From: a phage
Reading direction: 5' to 3' (one strand)
DNA: 64,000 nt
Sequence record: PX969468.1
A program made the translations under genes and the position numbers. This document shows, in pieces, positions 34,883 to 45,900 of the stretch. The notes under the pieces are model-generated. The model was not told the origin of the DNA and ran no database searches. It saw nothing but the letters and a program-made list of their open reading frames with translations. The first letter of the stretch is position 1. Every line of letters begins with the position of its first letter.

Positions 34883-37480
34883 ATGCGTATTCAACACAAC
34901 ATTGATAACGTATTTCAGATGATTGAGGGGCACAGGAAGTGCCTCGATAACAACACAGGTATTACCAACACCTCTACACAAAATAGGCTAGTAAACCCTG
35001 ATGGTCTTATAGCTGCAGGGTGGGCAGGTAATAAGATAAATAATGATTGGGCAATGCATGAGTCCCAAGCTGTGTTGATTCTGGGATACATTGAAGCATA
35101 CAGGGCATCGAAAAGCGATTTCTATCTGGATAGGGCAAAAGATGCTTGGGAAGCTTACAATAGTCATCTTCTGGGTGCATATGCTGTAGAAAGTAAAATG
35201 CAAAGATTGTCCCACTACCCTCTATCCACAGACGGGGTTCCATCACATGGTGGGTTTAAAGATGTGGTGGTGTCTTTTACCAATGGTAGAGGAAAAATCC
35301 CAACTGGATCTCCGACATGGGGGGAATACCTGGACAAGGCATTCCAAGCGTATAACGGTGTGTTAGGAAGAAACACTGTAGACTCTGATGTTTACGGTGG
35401 CACAGATGCTAACCCAGATTGGACAACATCCGGATTAAGTTGGTGGGTTGAGTGGTACATAGCATGGGATGGTAACCGCTATTGGGCTAACGGTAGCATA
35501 GCCGACAGTGGTCATACGTCTGTAGAGTTCGGCACAATCCAATTACAAGATAAGGGTGTTACAGGCAGCCACAAGGTGACCTATTGTGTAAGATTACCTC
35601 AAGAGCAGGGTGGATCGGTGATACCTGCAGGATCCCCTGTAATTGTAAATCCTATAAACGTGGTTGCAGATAATCAGGCCCCAGAGCTGGACGGGGAAGA
35701 AATGTGGTGTGACGCTTGTTATCAACTCTACACCTTGACAGGTGAGGAAAAGTATTACACCGCGTTTAAACAGTCTTACAACAAGTTGCTTAATTTCAGT
35801 GATATAAACGCCTACGACAAGCTGTTTAGAAAGACCACGTTGATTAAGGCACCGTTCACGGATGGTACTTGTCTTGTTGCAGGAACAGTTCCTGTCATGA
35901 GCAGGGACAGTGACGGGTATATCAATTTTAGAATGAACGCACGCCAGCCTTGCGAAATAATTCAAAAAGGGACTACATACAAAATAGGCAGAGATGCTGA
36001 AATTGTTATGAATTTCGGAGGAGAAGGGGTTCTGTTCCAGCCGCATTTCATCCTTAACGATGGCAACAATAACAAAAAACAGTACAGGATAGGGGTTCCT
36101 TTTGGAGGGGCAGAGGTAACAGAAGTAGTTGCCAAGGTCACTGATTTCGTAGAGGTAGTTGGTAAAGACGGTAATCCGTATCTCTTACCTAAAGAGGAAA
36201 ACATTGCCGTAAGCGGTGGTGCTAGTGTCAGTATGCAGTATGATACCGACATTTACAACCACTCTGACAACTTCACCCGTTGTAATATAGCAAGAGGCAA
36301 AGTAACTTTCAATTTTGGAAGAGAGATTTCTTTAAACTCAGTAACTTATCGATCAGATGATGAGATGGTAAGGGTCAAATTTCTTGACAAAGACAGGTGG
36401 TTATGGTATGCTGATCTATATGCCACTAATGGACAATGGATAACAGAAACTCTTACTCTAGGAGATTTCAAACTAGATCCGACACAACCTCATCACACCG
36501 AAGAAGAGATTAAACCTTTCTTTGCTAATCCTAAGGGGCTCACCTCTGTAGATTTCAGCCTAAGCGACAGACAGATAGGTAATGGCTTGTTTGATCTGTA
36601 TTGCGTCAACACACTGCCGCAATTTTATATTGCAGATAGAGATGCTTATCTAATCTGGTTTAGCGTATGGATGGCAAGCAAGACAGAATCAACCGCTAAG
36701 GTTGGCGATTGCTATGTCAGAAACTACAAGCAAGGTGCATACAGGCACACACCGGGTGTGTTCCCTGCCGGAAAGGTGATAGATAAGGAAAACTATCTCT
36801 TAGAGGAAAGGCCAAATTGGCCCTACCCTGGCATGCAATACCCAGCAGTCTACTGCATGGGTGCAGAAAACATAGATCGCCATAGATTGTCAAATACAAT
36901 AGGCTTTCTGTATGACGCTCAAGTCTGGTATAATAATACATTTAAGACAGAGGGTCCAGTTGCCTCACGTTATGTATGGCAAAGAGGTAATGAAGGGTTG
37001 ACTGGTTGGTGGGAGATGGTAGATAACTCTAAGCTCCAGTCAAGATCTTTTGTTGCTGCGTGCCGCACAATATATGAGCTCAAGAAACATAAAGAACCTG
37101 TTGATGAAAGACTATTCCTGTTCTGCCAGAAATGGGCATGGTTCCTCAACAGATTCCAGTCATCTCATTCAGGAAATCTGCCTACAGACTTTAACACCTC
37201 TGGGGGATATTCTTATCAGGACAGAGGAGACAGGATGTGGGTGGTAGGTGAATGGCTTGCAGGTTGCTGCTGGCTAGGTCTGTGCGGGTATTCAGAGACA
37301 ATACCTCAAATAGATATTGTTGTGGAAGCCTGTGTGAAGCTACTGCAAAAGCACCACTTCATTAATGGGGATAATATTTTAAACGGCTGCTGGGCAGTTT
37401 CTGACCCGGTTGGCTATCACTCTGGCGAAATCCTTCGCGGTCTAGGTCTTTATGCTCAATACCGTGGATTGTACCTTTAA
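34883..37480 (+). CDS. large tail-associated protein, possible glycan-degrading enzyme
   Basis: 865 codons; co-located with fibre genes; Trp/Tyr/Asp/Asn-rich composition typical of carbohydrate-active structural proteins; no catalytic motif confirmed. Confidence 0.3.
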   Translation: MRIQHNIDNVFQMIEGHRKCLDNNTGITNTSTQNRLVNPDGLIAAGWAGNKINNDWAMHESQAVLILGYIEAYRASKSDFYLDRAKDAWEAYNSHLLGAYAVESKMQRLSHYPLSTDGVPSHGGFKDVVVSFTNGRGKIPTGSPTWGEYLDKAFQAYNGVLGRNTVDSDVYGGTDANPDWTTSGLSWWVEWYIAWDGNRYWANGSIADSGHTSVEFGTIQLQDKGVTGSHKVTYCVRLPQEQGGSVIPAGSPVIVNPINVVADNQAPELDGEEMWCDACYQLYTLTGEEKYYTAFKQSYNKLLNFSDINAYDKLFRKTTLIKAPFTDGTCLVAGTVPVMSRDSDGYINFRMNARQPCEIIQKGTTYKIGRDAEIVMNFGGEGVLFQPHFILNDGNNNKKQYRIGVPFGGAEVTEVVAKVTDFVEVVGKDGNPYLLPKEENIAVSGGASVSMQYDTDIYNHSDNFTRCNIARGKVTFNFGREISLNSVTYRSDDEMVRVKFLDKDRWLWYADLYATNGQWITETLTLGDFKLDPTQPHHTEEEIKPFFANPKGLTSVDFSLSDRQIGNGLFDLYCVNTLPQFYIADRDAYLIWFSVWMASKTESTAKVGDCYVRNYKQGAYRHTPGVFPAGKVIDKENYLLEERPNWPYPGMQYPAVYCMGAENIDRHRLSNTIGFLYDAQVWYNNTFKTEGPVASRYVWQRGNEGLTGWWEMVDNSKLQSRSFVAACRTIYELKKHKEPVDERLFLFCQKWAWFLNRFQSSHSGNLPTDFNTSGGYSYQDRGDRMWVVGEWLAGCCWLGLCGYSETIPQIDIVVEACVKLLQKHHFINGDNILNGCWAVSDPVGYHSGEILRGLGLYAQYRGLYL

Positions 37481-37515
37481 CATAGGGGGCTGTTTGCCCC
37501 CTTTCAGGAGAAAGA

Positions 37516-40500
37516 ATGGCTGATATTAAAGTTGTCAGAATTGAATCTCTTCCTGCCACTACCGCAGTGACAGAGGATGATTACCTGGTTGTTCAACAAC
37601 CAGACCTGACTCGTCGTGTAAAAATTGGCGATGTTGTCCATGTTGATGGGACTGTTTCTCATGTAATCTCCTTTAAGGAAGGTGGTAAGTTAAACGGCCC
37701 AATGGATTTTGCCTACTTCGAAGAGGAAGACCTCTACCTGCGTTGGAAAGGCGAATTTCCACACACTGTTCCTGCACTGTCTTCACCGTACTCCGATGGT
37801 GGGATTACTGACGCTGCATGGATGGTATATACAGATCCGTCCTTAAGGGAGGAGCTGGAATCTACCATTGGCGCATCTATGATCATGACAGCCGAAGGGC
37901 AGTCTGTCCAGGATGTAATGGATGTTACTGTTCAGACAGCTAACGATGCTAAAGCCCTTGCACAGCGTGTAGATTTTGGTACAGTGCACACTGTAGGCGA
38001 TGTTATTCACCTTGATAACTTTGTTGGCCCTGCAGTTATTGAAGAGGGAAGAACTACCAACTACCCTTCTGTAGCAGCTGGTGAAAAATTTCTGAATGGT
38101 GTGGTATCTCGTCGTGATACTACAACTGTTGATGGTATTTTCCGTGGCGCTACTTCAGGAGCCATGTATACCATTGCAGTAACCAACGGTGTGGCAACAA
38201 CAAAAAGAATAGCACTTCGTGATGAATTTAAACGCCTAGAGGCAAATACCCCAACAAGAACAGTTATCCGTGCTGGAGATGACTTAAACACGGCAGGGTA
38301 CTTGCAGCTTGACGCAACAGGCCGTTGGGGCATGTGGAACCAACAAACAGCCTCGTGGCAACCTCTTGCTATAGAGCAAGGCGGTACAGGTGCCAGGGAT
38401 GCCGCAGGTGCACGCATTAACTTGGGGGCTTTCTATAAGCAACGTGCAGCCCTTGAGCCAAATTTCAATATCAATAACTTGACTGGTAATCAGGATGGTG
38501 TATACTACCAACCGATGACTGCTTATGCAACCGAGGCAAATGGTTACCCTGCAGGTTCTGGTGCTGGTCACTTGATTGTTTGGCAGAACAATGCTAACGG
38601 CGGTACAGGTTGTCGTCAGGAATACTATCCATTCTCTAACGTAGATGTTTGGTATTTGAGAACCTATCAGGCCAACACAAACCAGTGGACTGCATGGCAG
38701 CCGATGGTCAGACCTCGTAACGATGATACCTTTAGATCGCACATCGGTCTTGGGCCTAGAAATACCCCTACCTTCGGGCACCTTTACCTGTCTCAAAGTT
38801 CTGCTGATGTTAAGTCGGCATCAGGTATTGTTAACGGGGACAAATACAGTGCTGACGGTGTCCTTGAGCACGGGTATAGGATCTACTCTGAAGTAAGAAA
38901 CGACAATAAGGCTTGGTTGACAATCCACCTACACAAAGGTGCAAAAGGATCTGAAACTCATAGATATTTGGGTTTCCGCGAAGACGGTGTATTAGACTGC
39001 CCTAAATACATGCAGGTTGGGGATCTTACTGGTCAGCTGACAAACTGGGGACTTGGAGAGTGGATCCGTAGTTCAGGGGCAGAAAGAGGCTTCTGGGGGT
39101 CTAAGAAAGCCGCCAAGATGGTTGTCTGGGATGGTGGGATGGACGAATCCGGTAACGGCACTCTGGAATGGGGTGTTTATAACAACCGGAAGGCCAAGTG
39201 GGAACCTTTACCTCAAGCCGCAGGCGGCACTGGGGCTACAACTTTAGCAGATGCTCAGAATCTGTTCAAAGTTCCTATAGCAGCAGGTGTAAAAGACTTC
39301 TTGACACTGCCAAGAACCGCAGGGATGGAAGATGGGAAATACTACCCAATTATCGTTAGAACAGATCCGTATTACGCCCCTTCGACAGGTACAGATATTA
39401 CCATAGTCACCAGGTCTTCATCTGGAAATGACCCTATGAACTGTGCCACCCTGCAGTGTCACTATAGAACTGGTGGCTGGACGGACAGGGGAGACTCTTT
39501 CTACGGGGTAGTAAATTTCTACCAGAATGAAAAAGCACTTCTTGGGATGGTTGCTCCAACAAGGGGTAAACAAGAGTATGTTGCTTTCTATGTAGAGGCT
39601 CGTGCTTTCCCTGTCAGCATATACGCAAGTAGAAATGTTGTCGAAGTGTTTACCAGAGAGCAAGATTACCAGGTCGGGGCTGTAACAGACAATCAGGATG
39701 GGGTTAAGTTCGTTGCACCTCTTCAGTCAGCAGATTTGAATCTTGCTATTCTTGGAGATAACAACACCAATACCAGACCTATTGTTGACTTCAAAGGTAC
39801 TTCAGGGTTCTACACTGGTGGCGGCACACAGTGGCACTATATAGGCACTGCTGAGCGCTATGCTGTGATGAGCAAAATGAATATGCCAAAAGTCGAGCTA
39901 TGGGCAGACGGCCTTGACTATTTGTGCTACGGCAGTCCTAGAAAGGCGTTATTCTCTAATGCAGGATTCCAGTGTGCATCCGATGGGACAGAGGATCTGA
40001 CTAACGGTACGTTTACCTCTAAATGCGGTAATGGTGCTGGTCTCAAAGGTCAGGCAGAGTTCAGATCTACTCCAGAGGCTGGTCAAGTTATTGTTCGTGA
40101 TGTTGTAGGTTCTGCTCACAGATTCTACAACTTCAACAAAGATGGCACTTTCTCAGCTCCTGGTGGTTTTGTATGCCACACAGGTGCAGACTGGAACAAC
40201 CAGTTCGGGAATAACAACCCTTCTAAAATAATGGCTGGTAACGTCAACGGACCTGAAGGTTCCATGGTTGTAGCAGGGTTGTCGGTTGGTTTTTCTGGAA
40301 ACTACGCTTTCCAGATGGCAGGTCGTTTAGACCAGCTGTACACTCGTTCCATAGAGCAGGGAAACCACAGAGCGTGGAACAAAGTTATTCAGCACCGTGG
40401 TCAAGGGTTGGGAACTAATGACCTTAACGACTACAAAGGAGATAGAGAGGGTTTTTATCATCAGGAGGCCAATGCTCAAGCCGCACTTGATAGAAACTAC

Positions 40501-41316
40501 CCATGCTCTCAGGCAGGTACTCTCCTTGTCTATAGAAACTATGTCAACGTTCCAGAGAGTTGCGTACAGGAATATACAACATATCTTGGAGAAAAATTCC
40601 TGCGTTATGGAACAACGATAGGTGGTGTTTTCACATGGGGCCATTGGCAGCAGCTTGGCGGTAAGGGTATCACTTTAAAAACTCAAGGGTCCAATCTTGA
40701 ACCTGAGTTCACAATACACACAGGTGGTGGTACTGATGTTACCAACACTTCGAACATGCCTTCTAATACAGGCAGGTTGTACTATTGGGGTGATGGCGCT
40801 GATAGGAAGAATGTGTTTGAGTTTCAGATAAGTGATAACTCAACAGCCGCCAGCTGGGTATTCCACTGCGGAGCTAAGGCAGATGAGGCTAAATCAAGAT
40901 ATTTTGCTGTCAACGGCACGGTAGAATGTACCACTGTTAGCCAAAGTTCCGATAGAGACCTGAAGGATAATATAGAGGTCATACCTAACGCTCTGGAAGC
41001 AATTAGAAAGATGAAAGGCTATACCTACACCTTGAAAGAGAATGGTATGCCTTATGCAGGCGTGATTGCTCAAGAGGTTATGGAAGCATTGCCAGAGGCA
41101 GTAGGATCTTTCGTGAAAAGGAAGGAAATAGAAGGTCCTACTCAAGACGGTATTCCTCTGATGACCGAGGAAAGGTTCTATAACGTTGACTACGCAGCTG
41201 TAACAGGCTTGCTTGTCCAGGTTTGCAGGGAACAGGACGATAAAATAACCGCCCTTGAGGAGCAGGTTAAAAAATTGACAGAGGTTGTTACTGGATTGCA
41301 AGAGAAACTGAAGTAA
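37516..41316 (+). CDS. long tail fibre with C-terminal intramolecular chaperone (peptidase S74-like) domain
   Basis: 1266 codons; C-terminal ...SQSSDRDLKDNIEVIPNALEAIRKMKGYTYTLKENG... followed by coiled coil, matching self-cleaving chaperone domains of phage fibres. Confidence 0.6.
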   Translation: MADIKVVRIESLPATTAVTEDDYLVVQQPDLTRRVKIGDVVHVDGTVSHVISFKEGGKLNGPMDFAYFEEEDLYLRWKGEFPHTVPALSSPYSDGGITDAAWMVYTDPSLREELESTIGASMIMTAEGQSVQDVMDVTVQTANDAKALAQRVDFGTVHTVGDVIHLDNFVGPAVIEEGRTTNYPSVAAGEKFLNGVVSRRDTTTVDGIFRGATSGAMYTIAVTNGVATTKRIALRDEFKRLEANTPTRTVIRAGDDLNTAGYLQLDATGRWGMWNQQTASWQPLAIEQGGTGARDAAGARINLGAFYKQRAALEPNFNINNLTGNQDGVYYQPMTAYATEANGYPAGSGAGHLIVWQNNANGGTGCRQEYYPFSNVDVWYLRTYQANTNQWTAWQPMVRPRNDDTFRSHIGLGPRNTPTFGHLYLSQSSADVKSASGIVNGDKYSADGVLEHGYRIYSEVRNDNKAWLTIHLHKGAKGSETHRYLGFREDGVLDCPKYMQVGDLTGQLTNWGLGEWIRSSGAERGFWGSKKAAKMVVWDGGMDESGNGTLEWGVYNNRKAKWEPLPQAAGGTGATTLADAQNLFKVPIAAGVKDFLTLPRTAGMEDGKYYPIIVRTDPYYAPSTGTDITIVTRSSSGNDPMNCATLQCHYRTGGWTDRGDSFYGVVNFYQNEKALLGMVAPTRGKQEYVAFYVEARAFPVSIYASRNVVEVFTREQDYQVGAVTDNQDGVKFVAPLQSADLNLAILGDNNTNTRPIVDFKGTSGFYTGGGTQWHYIGTAERYAVMSKMNMPKVELWADGLDYLCYGSPRKALFSNAGFQCASDGTEDLTNGTFTSKCGNGAGLKGQAEFRSTPEAGQVIVRDVVGSAHRFYNFNKDGTFSAPGGFVCHTGADWNNQFGNNNPSKIMAGNVNGPEGSMVVAGLSVGFSGNYAFQMAGRLDQLYTRSIEQGNHRAWNKVIQHRGQGLGTNDLNDYKGDREGFYHQEANAQAALDRNYPCSQAGTLLVYRNYVNVPESCVQEYTTYLGEKFLRYGTTIGGVFTWGHWQQLGGKGITLKTQGSNLEPEFTIHTGGGTDVTNTSNMPSNTGRLYYWGDGADRKNVFEFQISDNSTAASWVFHCGAKADEAKSRYFAVNGTVECTTVSQSSDRDLKDNIEVIPNALEAIRKMKGYTYTLKENGMPYAGVIAQEVMEALPEAVGSFVKRKEIEGPTQDGIPLMTEERFYNVDYAAVTGLLVQVCREQDDKITALEEQVKKLTEVVTGLQEKLK

Positions 41317-41323
41317 CTGTTCT

Positions 41324-41350
41324 GCCCTCGCTTCGGCGGGGGCTTTTTGT
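41324..41350 (+). terminator. rho-independent terminator
   Basis: stem GCCCTCGC/GCGGGGGC with TTCG loop and TTTTT. Confidence 0.6.
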
Positions 41351-41355
41351 TTGTA

Positions 41356-41384
41356 TTGCGTATTAACTCAAAATCTGGTAAAAT
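41356..41384 (+). promoter_or_regulatory. sigma70-like promoter TTGCGT-17-TAAAAT with TGG extension
   Basis: read directly. Confidence 0.5.
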
Positions 41385-41415
41385 AGCTATCATGATTGTT
41401 TAACCTGGAGGCACA

Positions 41416-42006
41416 ATGTTTTTATGGGAAAGGCCTAGATACCTTCCAGATATTAGATTGGAGCTGCTGGCAGATATTGTTACGTTTAAAAGTCCGTTTA
41501 CAGGTAAAACGCAAAAAGTGACCTATGCCACACCTAACTGGAAAGGCACTTTGACGGTTTCCAATATCAGCGAGTCACAGCTGCTAGAGCTTAAGAGCTT
41601 TGTTGATCAGGTGTATAAAGATGGGAACATTTTTCTTATTAAAACGTACGGTCACTCAGTAACAGCTAATGAGCCAATCGCCCTTGGGCCTACTGGTAAC
41701 GACGATTTTTTGAAGACGGTCGGATGGGAGCCAAACAGAGACATAGCCAGAGCTGGGGATAAAATATCTGTCAATGATGAATTGAAAGTGGTAACAGCTC
41801 CAGTGCGCAGCGATGGTGTTGGGTCTGCTGTCATAAGCATATCCCCAAGACTTAGAAAACCTATTGCCGCAGGGGACACTATGAAGATAATAACTCAATC
41901 CCCAAAGGGTAGGTTTCATATCAGAGATATTTATAAAATTAAGCAAAAAGTCGATGCTATGCAAAAAGGTGATAATATAGTTATCAACTTCTTTGAGGAT
42001 TTCTAA
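41416..42006 (+). CDS. tail tip/baseplate assembly protein (tentative)
   Basis: 196 codons; GGAGG RBS; first of three small genes preceding the J-like gene. Confidence 0.35.
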   Translation: MFLWERPRYLPDIRLELLADIVTFKSPFTGKTQKVTYATPNWKGTLTVSNISESQLLELKSFVDQVYKDGNIFLIKTYGHSVTANEPIALGPTGNDDFLKTVGWEPNRDIARAGDKISVNDELKVVTAPVRSDGVGSAVISISPRLRKPIAAGDTMKIITQSPKGRFHIRDIYKIKQKVDAMQKGDNIVINFFEDF

Positions 42007-42007
42007 G

Positions 42008-42559
42008 ATGATTAGAGCGCCATTAGATAATTTATTTCTTGAAAAGCTGGAGCTTGATAGTGTTGAGATCTTAATTGCTGCAAAGCTAGAGCTACCAACA
42101 GGTACTGTCAGGGTGTGCTCAGGAACTGGTGTTGTGGTGATTGAGGGGCAACATTTTATAGGGATAGGTGGATCAGCAACATTGACCGCTGTGTCTGAGA
42201 AAGATGCCACCAACTTCGGGTCTGTGGTAGCAACATTGAACGGGTTTGATCCAAAGTATGTAGGTGATCTGCTGAAGACGGAGTATTCGGGTTGTCGTGC
42301 CACGTTGTATATCACAGCTATGGAGAATGGTTTACCTGTTACAACCAATGGCTTGTTTGACGGCCTTATAACAGACATGGCTATTCAGACAGGGGAGAAT
42401 AGTGCTTTGTCCATATCCATATCTTCCATCTTCAACAGCTGGTTAAGAGGTTTTCCTTATCGGTACACAGAGGAGAGCCATAGCTCAAGAAACGATAATG
42501 ACAGATTTTTTAAATATGTGGATCAGGTGGCAAGCCGCCCGATCATTTGGGAGGTTTAA
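42008..42559 (+). CDS. tail tip/baseplate assembly protein (tentative)
   Basis: 183 codons from ATG just after upstream stop. Confidence 0.35.
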   Translation: MIRAPLDNLFLEKLELDSVEILIAAKLELPTGTVRVCSGTGVVVIEGQHFIGIGGSATLTAVSEKDATNFGSVVATLNGFDPKYVGDLLKTEYSGCRATLYITAMENGLPVTTNGLFDGLITDMAIQTGENSALSISISSIFNSWLRGFPYRYTEESHSSRNDNDRFFKYVDQVASRPIIWEV

Positions 42560-42984
42560 TGAGCACACACCCTCGTTTAGTGGACTGGCAAGAAAGATTG
42601 TGGAAAGTGTTTGACGAAGAAGCCACCGTCCCGTTTGAATGGGGATTCCACGATTGCTGCACTTTTGCGGCTAAGTGTGTTGATGCCCAATACGGAACAG
42701 ATTTTCTTTCTAACTTTGAAGGAACGTATAAAACAGAGTTGGAAAGCAAGAGATGGTGCATGCTTCGTTTCAAAACCACACATCTGCCTACTATTTTTGA
42801 TCTCTTTTTGACTCGATTGGATACTCCTAAACAGGTTCAGCGTGGTGATATTGTTATTTTCGAAGGTCTGAACGGGCTCACCGCTGGTGTGTTCTGGAAC
42901 AACCAGATTTGGGCGAAAGGTGATAAAGGGATCTTTATGTTCGACATGAAAGATTCTATCGTTGTTGATGTCTGGAGGTATTAA
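42559..42984 (+). CDS. tail assembly protein with Cys-containing FHDCCTF motif (tentative)
   Basis: 141 codons from Met with GGAGG RBS; motif WGFHDCCTFAAKC; position immediately before J-like gene. Confidence 0.35.
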   Translation: MSTHPRLVDWQERLWKVFDEEATVPFEWGFHDCCTFAAKCVDAQYGTDFLSNFEGTYKTELESKRWCMLRFKTTHLPTIFDLFLTRLDTPKQVQRGDIVIFEGLNGLTAGVFWNNQIWAKGDKGIFMFDMKDSIVVDVWRY

Positions 42985-45900
42985 TGCCAATTGCAATGAT
43001 TGATAACATCGTTGCTTCTGCAAGATCTTCGAGCTATGACTGGAACGCATCCAAGGCAGCTCTGGCTGACAGCCTGAACACTGTTACCACCAGAACCCTT
43101 GATAAGATTTTCGAAGGCAACAAATCTTACAGAAGTCAACAAGATAGACAAAAACTTCTCAGATCTTCTGCTGCACCTTGCTCTGTAGTATATGGGAAGA
43201 CACGTACATCTGGATTGCTTGCGTTTTTAGAGCAGGACAGGGACAGAACCCTTCATTGTGCTATTGTTCTTGCCAATCATCCCTTGGAAGGTATAGAAGA
43301 TATACTTATCGACGGTAATCCTATTTCCTCGTATGGGGATTTGGTATCGTGGGAGTTGCATAACGACAGGAAAACCTCTGATCCTTTCATGGGCACACAC
43401 TGCCCTTCGTGGTCACCAGACATGATAGGTAGAGGGATCAGTTGGCTACGTGCCAGCTTTAAGTTTGACCCTAACAAGTTTCCTTTTGGGTTGCCAAACG
43501 TTACACTTGTCAAGGTTGGTAAAAAATGTTATGATCCTCGTATCAGTAAAGAGGTGTATACCAACAACGCTGCCTTGGTGATTCTGGACTATCTAAGAAC
43601 GTACCTTAAATGTCCTGACGAAACCATCAACTGGGAGTCCTTCAAGGAAGCTGCCAACATATGCGACGAGGCTGTAAAAAACGCGGACGGAACCAGTGAG
43701 CGCCGTTACACCATTAATGGTGAGTTCGACATGGACGAAGCACCAGCAAGTATTATGGCAGAAATGCTGAAGGCTTGTGGTGCAGATCTTAGCTATGTAG
43801 CTGGCAAATACGGTCTGCTGGTAGGTGCATACTATGGCCCGGCAACAATGACACTGAGTGAGGACTGTGTTTGCGGTGAGGTTAAGATCTATCCTGAAGC
43901 CTCCTTCGACAAAAGATCAAACACAATAACTGGGAGATTCACCAGTCCAACCAAAGGGTATTCTGAAACAGACTTCCCATCGGTGTTCGTACCTGAATGG
44001 GTAGAGAAGGACGGAGAAAGAAAGATAATTGATATAGATTATCGTTTTGTTACCAGTCCTTATCAGGCTCAGCGTGTTTCCGCAATATTCTTAAGACGTG
44101 CCAGAGCTGGCAGGATTATTGAAGTAACCTGCAATATGCGGGGTTTTAAATTTAAGCCTGGGCGTTACGTTACGATGGACCTCCCAAGTATTGGTATAGT
44201 GGGCCAAGAAATGAGGGTTCTTGAATGGGAGTTCACCAAAAAGGGCGGTGTCAAGGTAAAACTCCGTCAAGATGCTAAAGAGTGGAATGATGCCACAGGG
44301 CAACTTCCGGATTCTGGAGATGTGGATATTCCGATATCCCCGTCCGGTGTAGCTCAACCGCAAAACTTCAGATACTCTGTTCTTCAAGCTGGGGAAGTAA
44401 CTCATGGTGTTTTGGCTTGGGACAACGTTGGAACTTATGCTCAAAATATTGTGCAGGTAAGAAAGAACGGAGAGATTATTTGGACAGCGCAAACAGTCGA
44501 GCAGTTTGTCCGCGTAGAAGGATTGACCAAAGGGTCATATACAGCAACCGTGGTTGCAACATCTTATAAGGGTGGTGTATCTCCAGAAGCCTACTGCGAG
44601 TTCAACATTCAAGCACCTGAAGCTCCTGTTTCTGTAGAAGTTAAGCAGGGATACTTTGCTATCACCTTGATTCCGCACAGCAGGGACTTAGCAAGTGTAA
44701 GCACCCAGTATGATTTTTGGACATCTGGTATGACAAGGTTGCCTGACACAAGTGATGCAACCGTTACTTCAAAAGCCACCCGTATGGGTGTTGGTTCAAC
44801 TTGGACATCTGAAGGTCTGCAGAACGATAAGATTTATTATTGGTATATTCGAACCACAAACGCTTTTGGTAGTTCTCAGTTTGTAGAATGCGCTGCACGC
44901 TGCTACACCTCTATTGAAGATTTGATGCCTCAGATAGATGCTGAATTTAAAAAGACAGAAACTTATAAAGAGTTGATGAGCACTTTAGATTCCTCTATCG
45001 AGGAGGTTGAAAATCGTGTCATAGAGCTTAACAAGTACATGGACGGAAGGGTAGATGAGGCATTCCAACAACTTGGAGATAGGATAGGTGCGGTAGTTAC
45101 AGAGACAACTCAGAAGTTTGAGGATGTCAATGGAAATATCACAGCTCTGGATAGGAAACTTGTTGCTGCACAGAACAAGTTCACCAACGATCTGAACACT
45201 GAAAGTGGAAGACTGGCATCCCTGATCGAGACAACCAATAAAGCAACCACTGATCTTCTGAACAAAAAGACAGAGGCTTTAGACGAGAAATTGGTTGCAG
45301 CCAAAGGGGAGTTGGTAGAACAAATAAGTGGTGTGGAGAGCGGATACCTTGCCGGAGATAAAACTCTAGATGGCAAGATCAATACCCAGAGAACGGAACT
45401 TGATGCAAGCATCTTAAGCACCAACCAGGCGACAGTGGATCTTCTCAACAGGACATCTGAAACTCTGGATCAAAAGATCAGTCAGACAAACGCGACGGTA
45501 TCTAAGAACTATACCACCCTTGATGGTAAGATAACTACCGCAAAAACTGATCTCAATACCTTGATTGCCAATACCAACAAGGCCACCACAGATTTGTTGA
45601 ATCAGAAAACCTCTGCACTGTCGGAGCAGATAACTTCTGCACGTGGGGAAATTTCTACCAACAAACAGGCGATTAAGGATTTAGATGGGAAGCTGACCTC
45701 CACAAAAACAGCACTGGACGCTACAATCTCCGATACCAACAAAGCAACCGTGGATCTTATTAACGGCACAGCGTCAGCTATTCGTCAAGAACTTGCTGTT
45801 GCTAAGCAGGAGATCATTGATGATGTCGGTGATGTGTCAGAGCTTAGAGCTGCAGTAGCTACAACATCTAAGGCTGTGACAGACTTAGAGGGCAAAGTAA

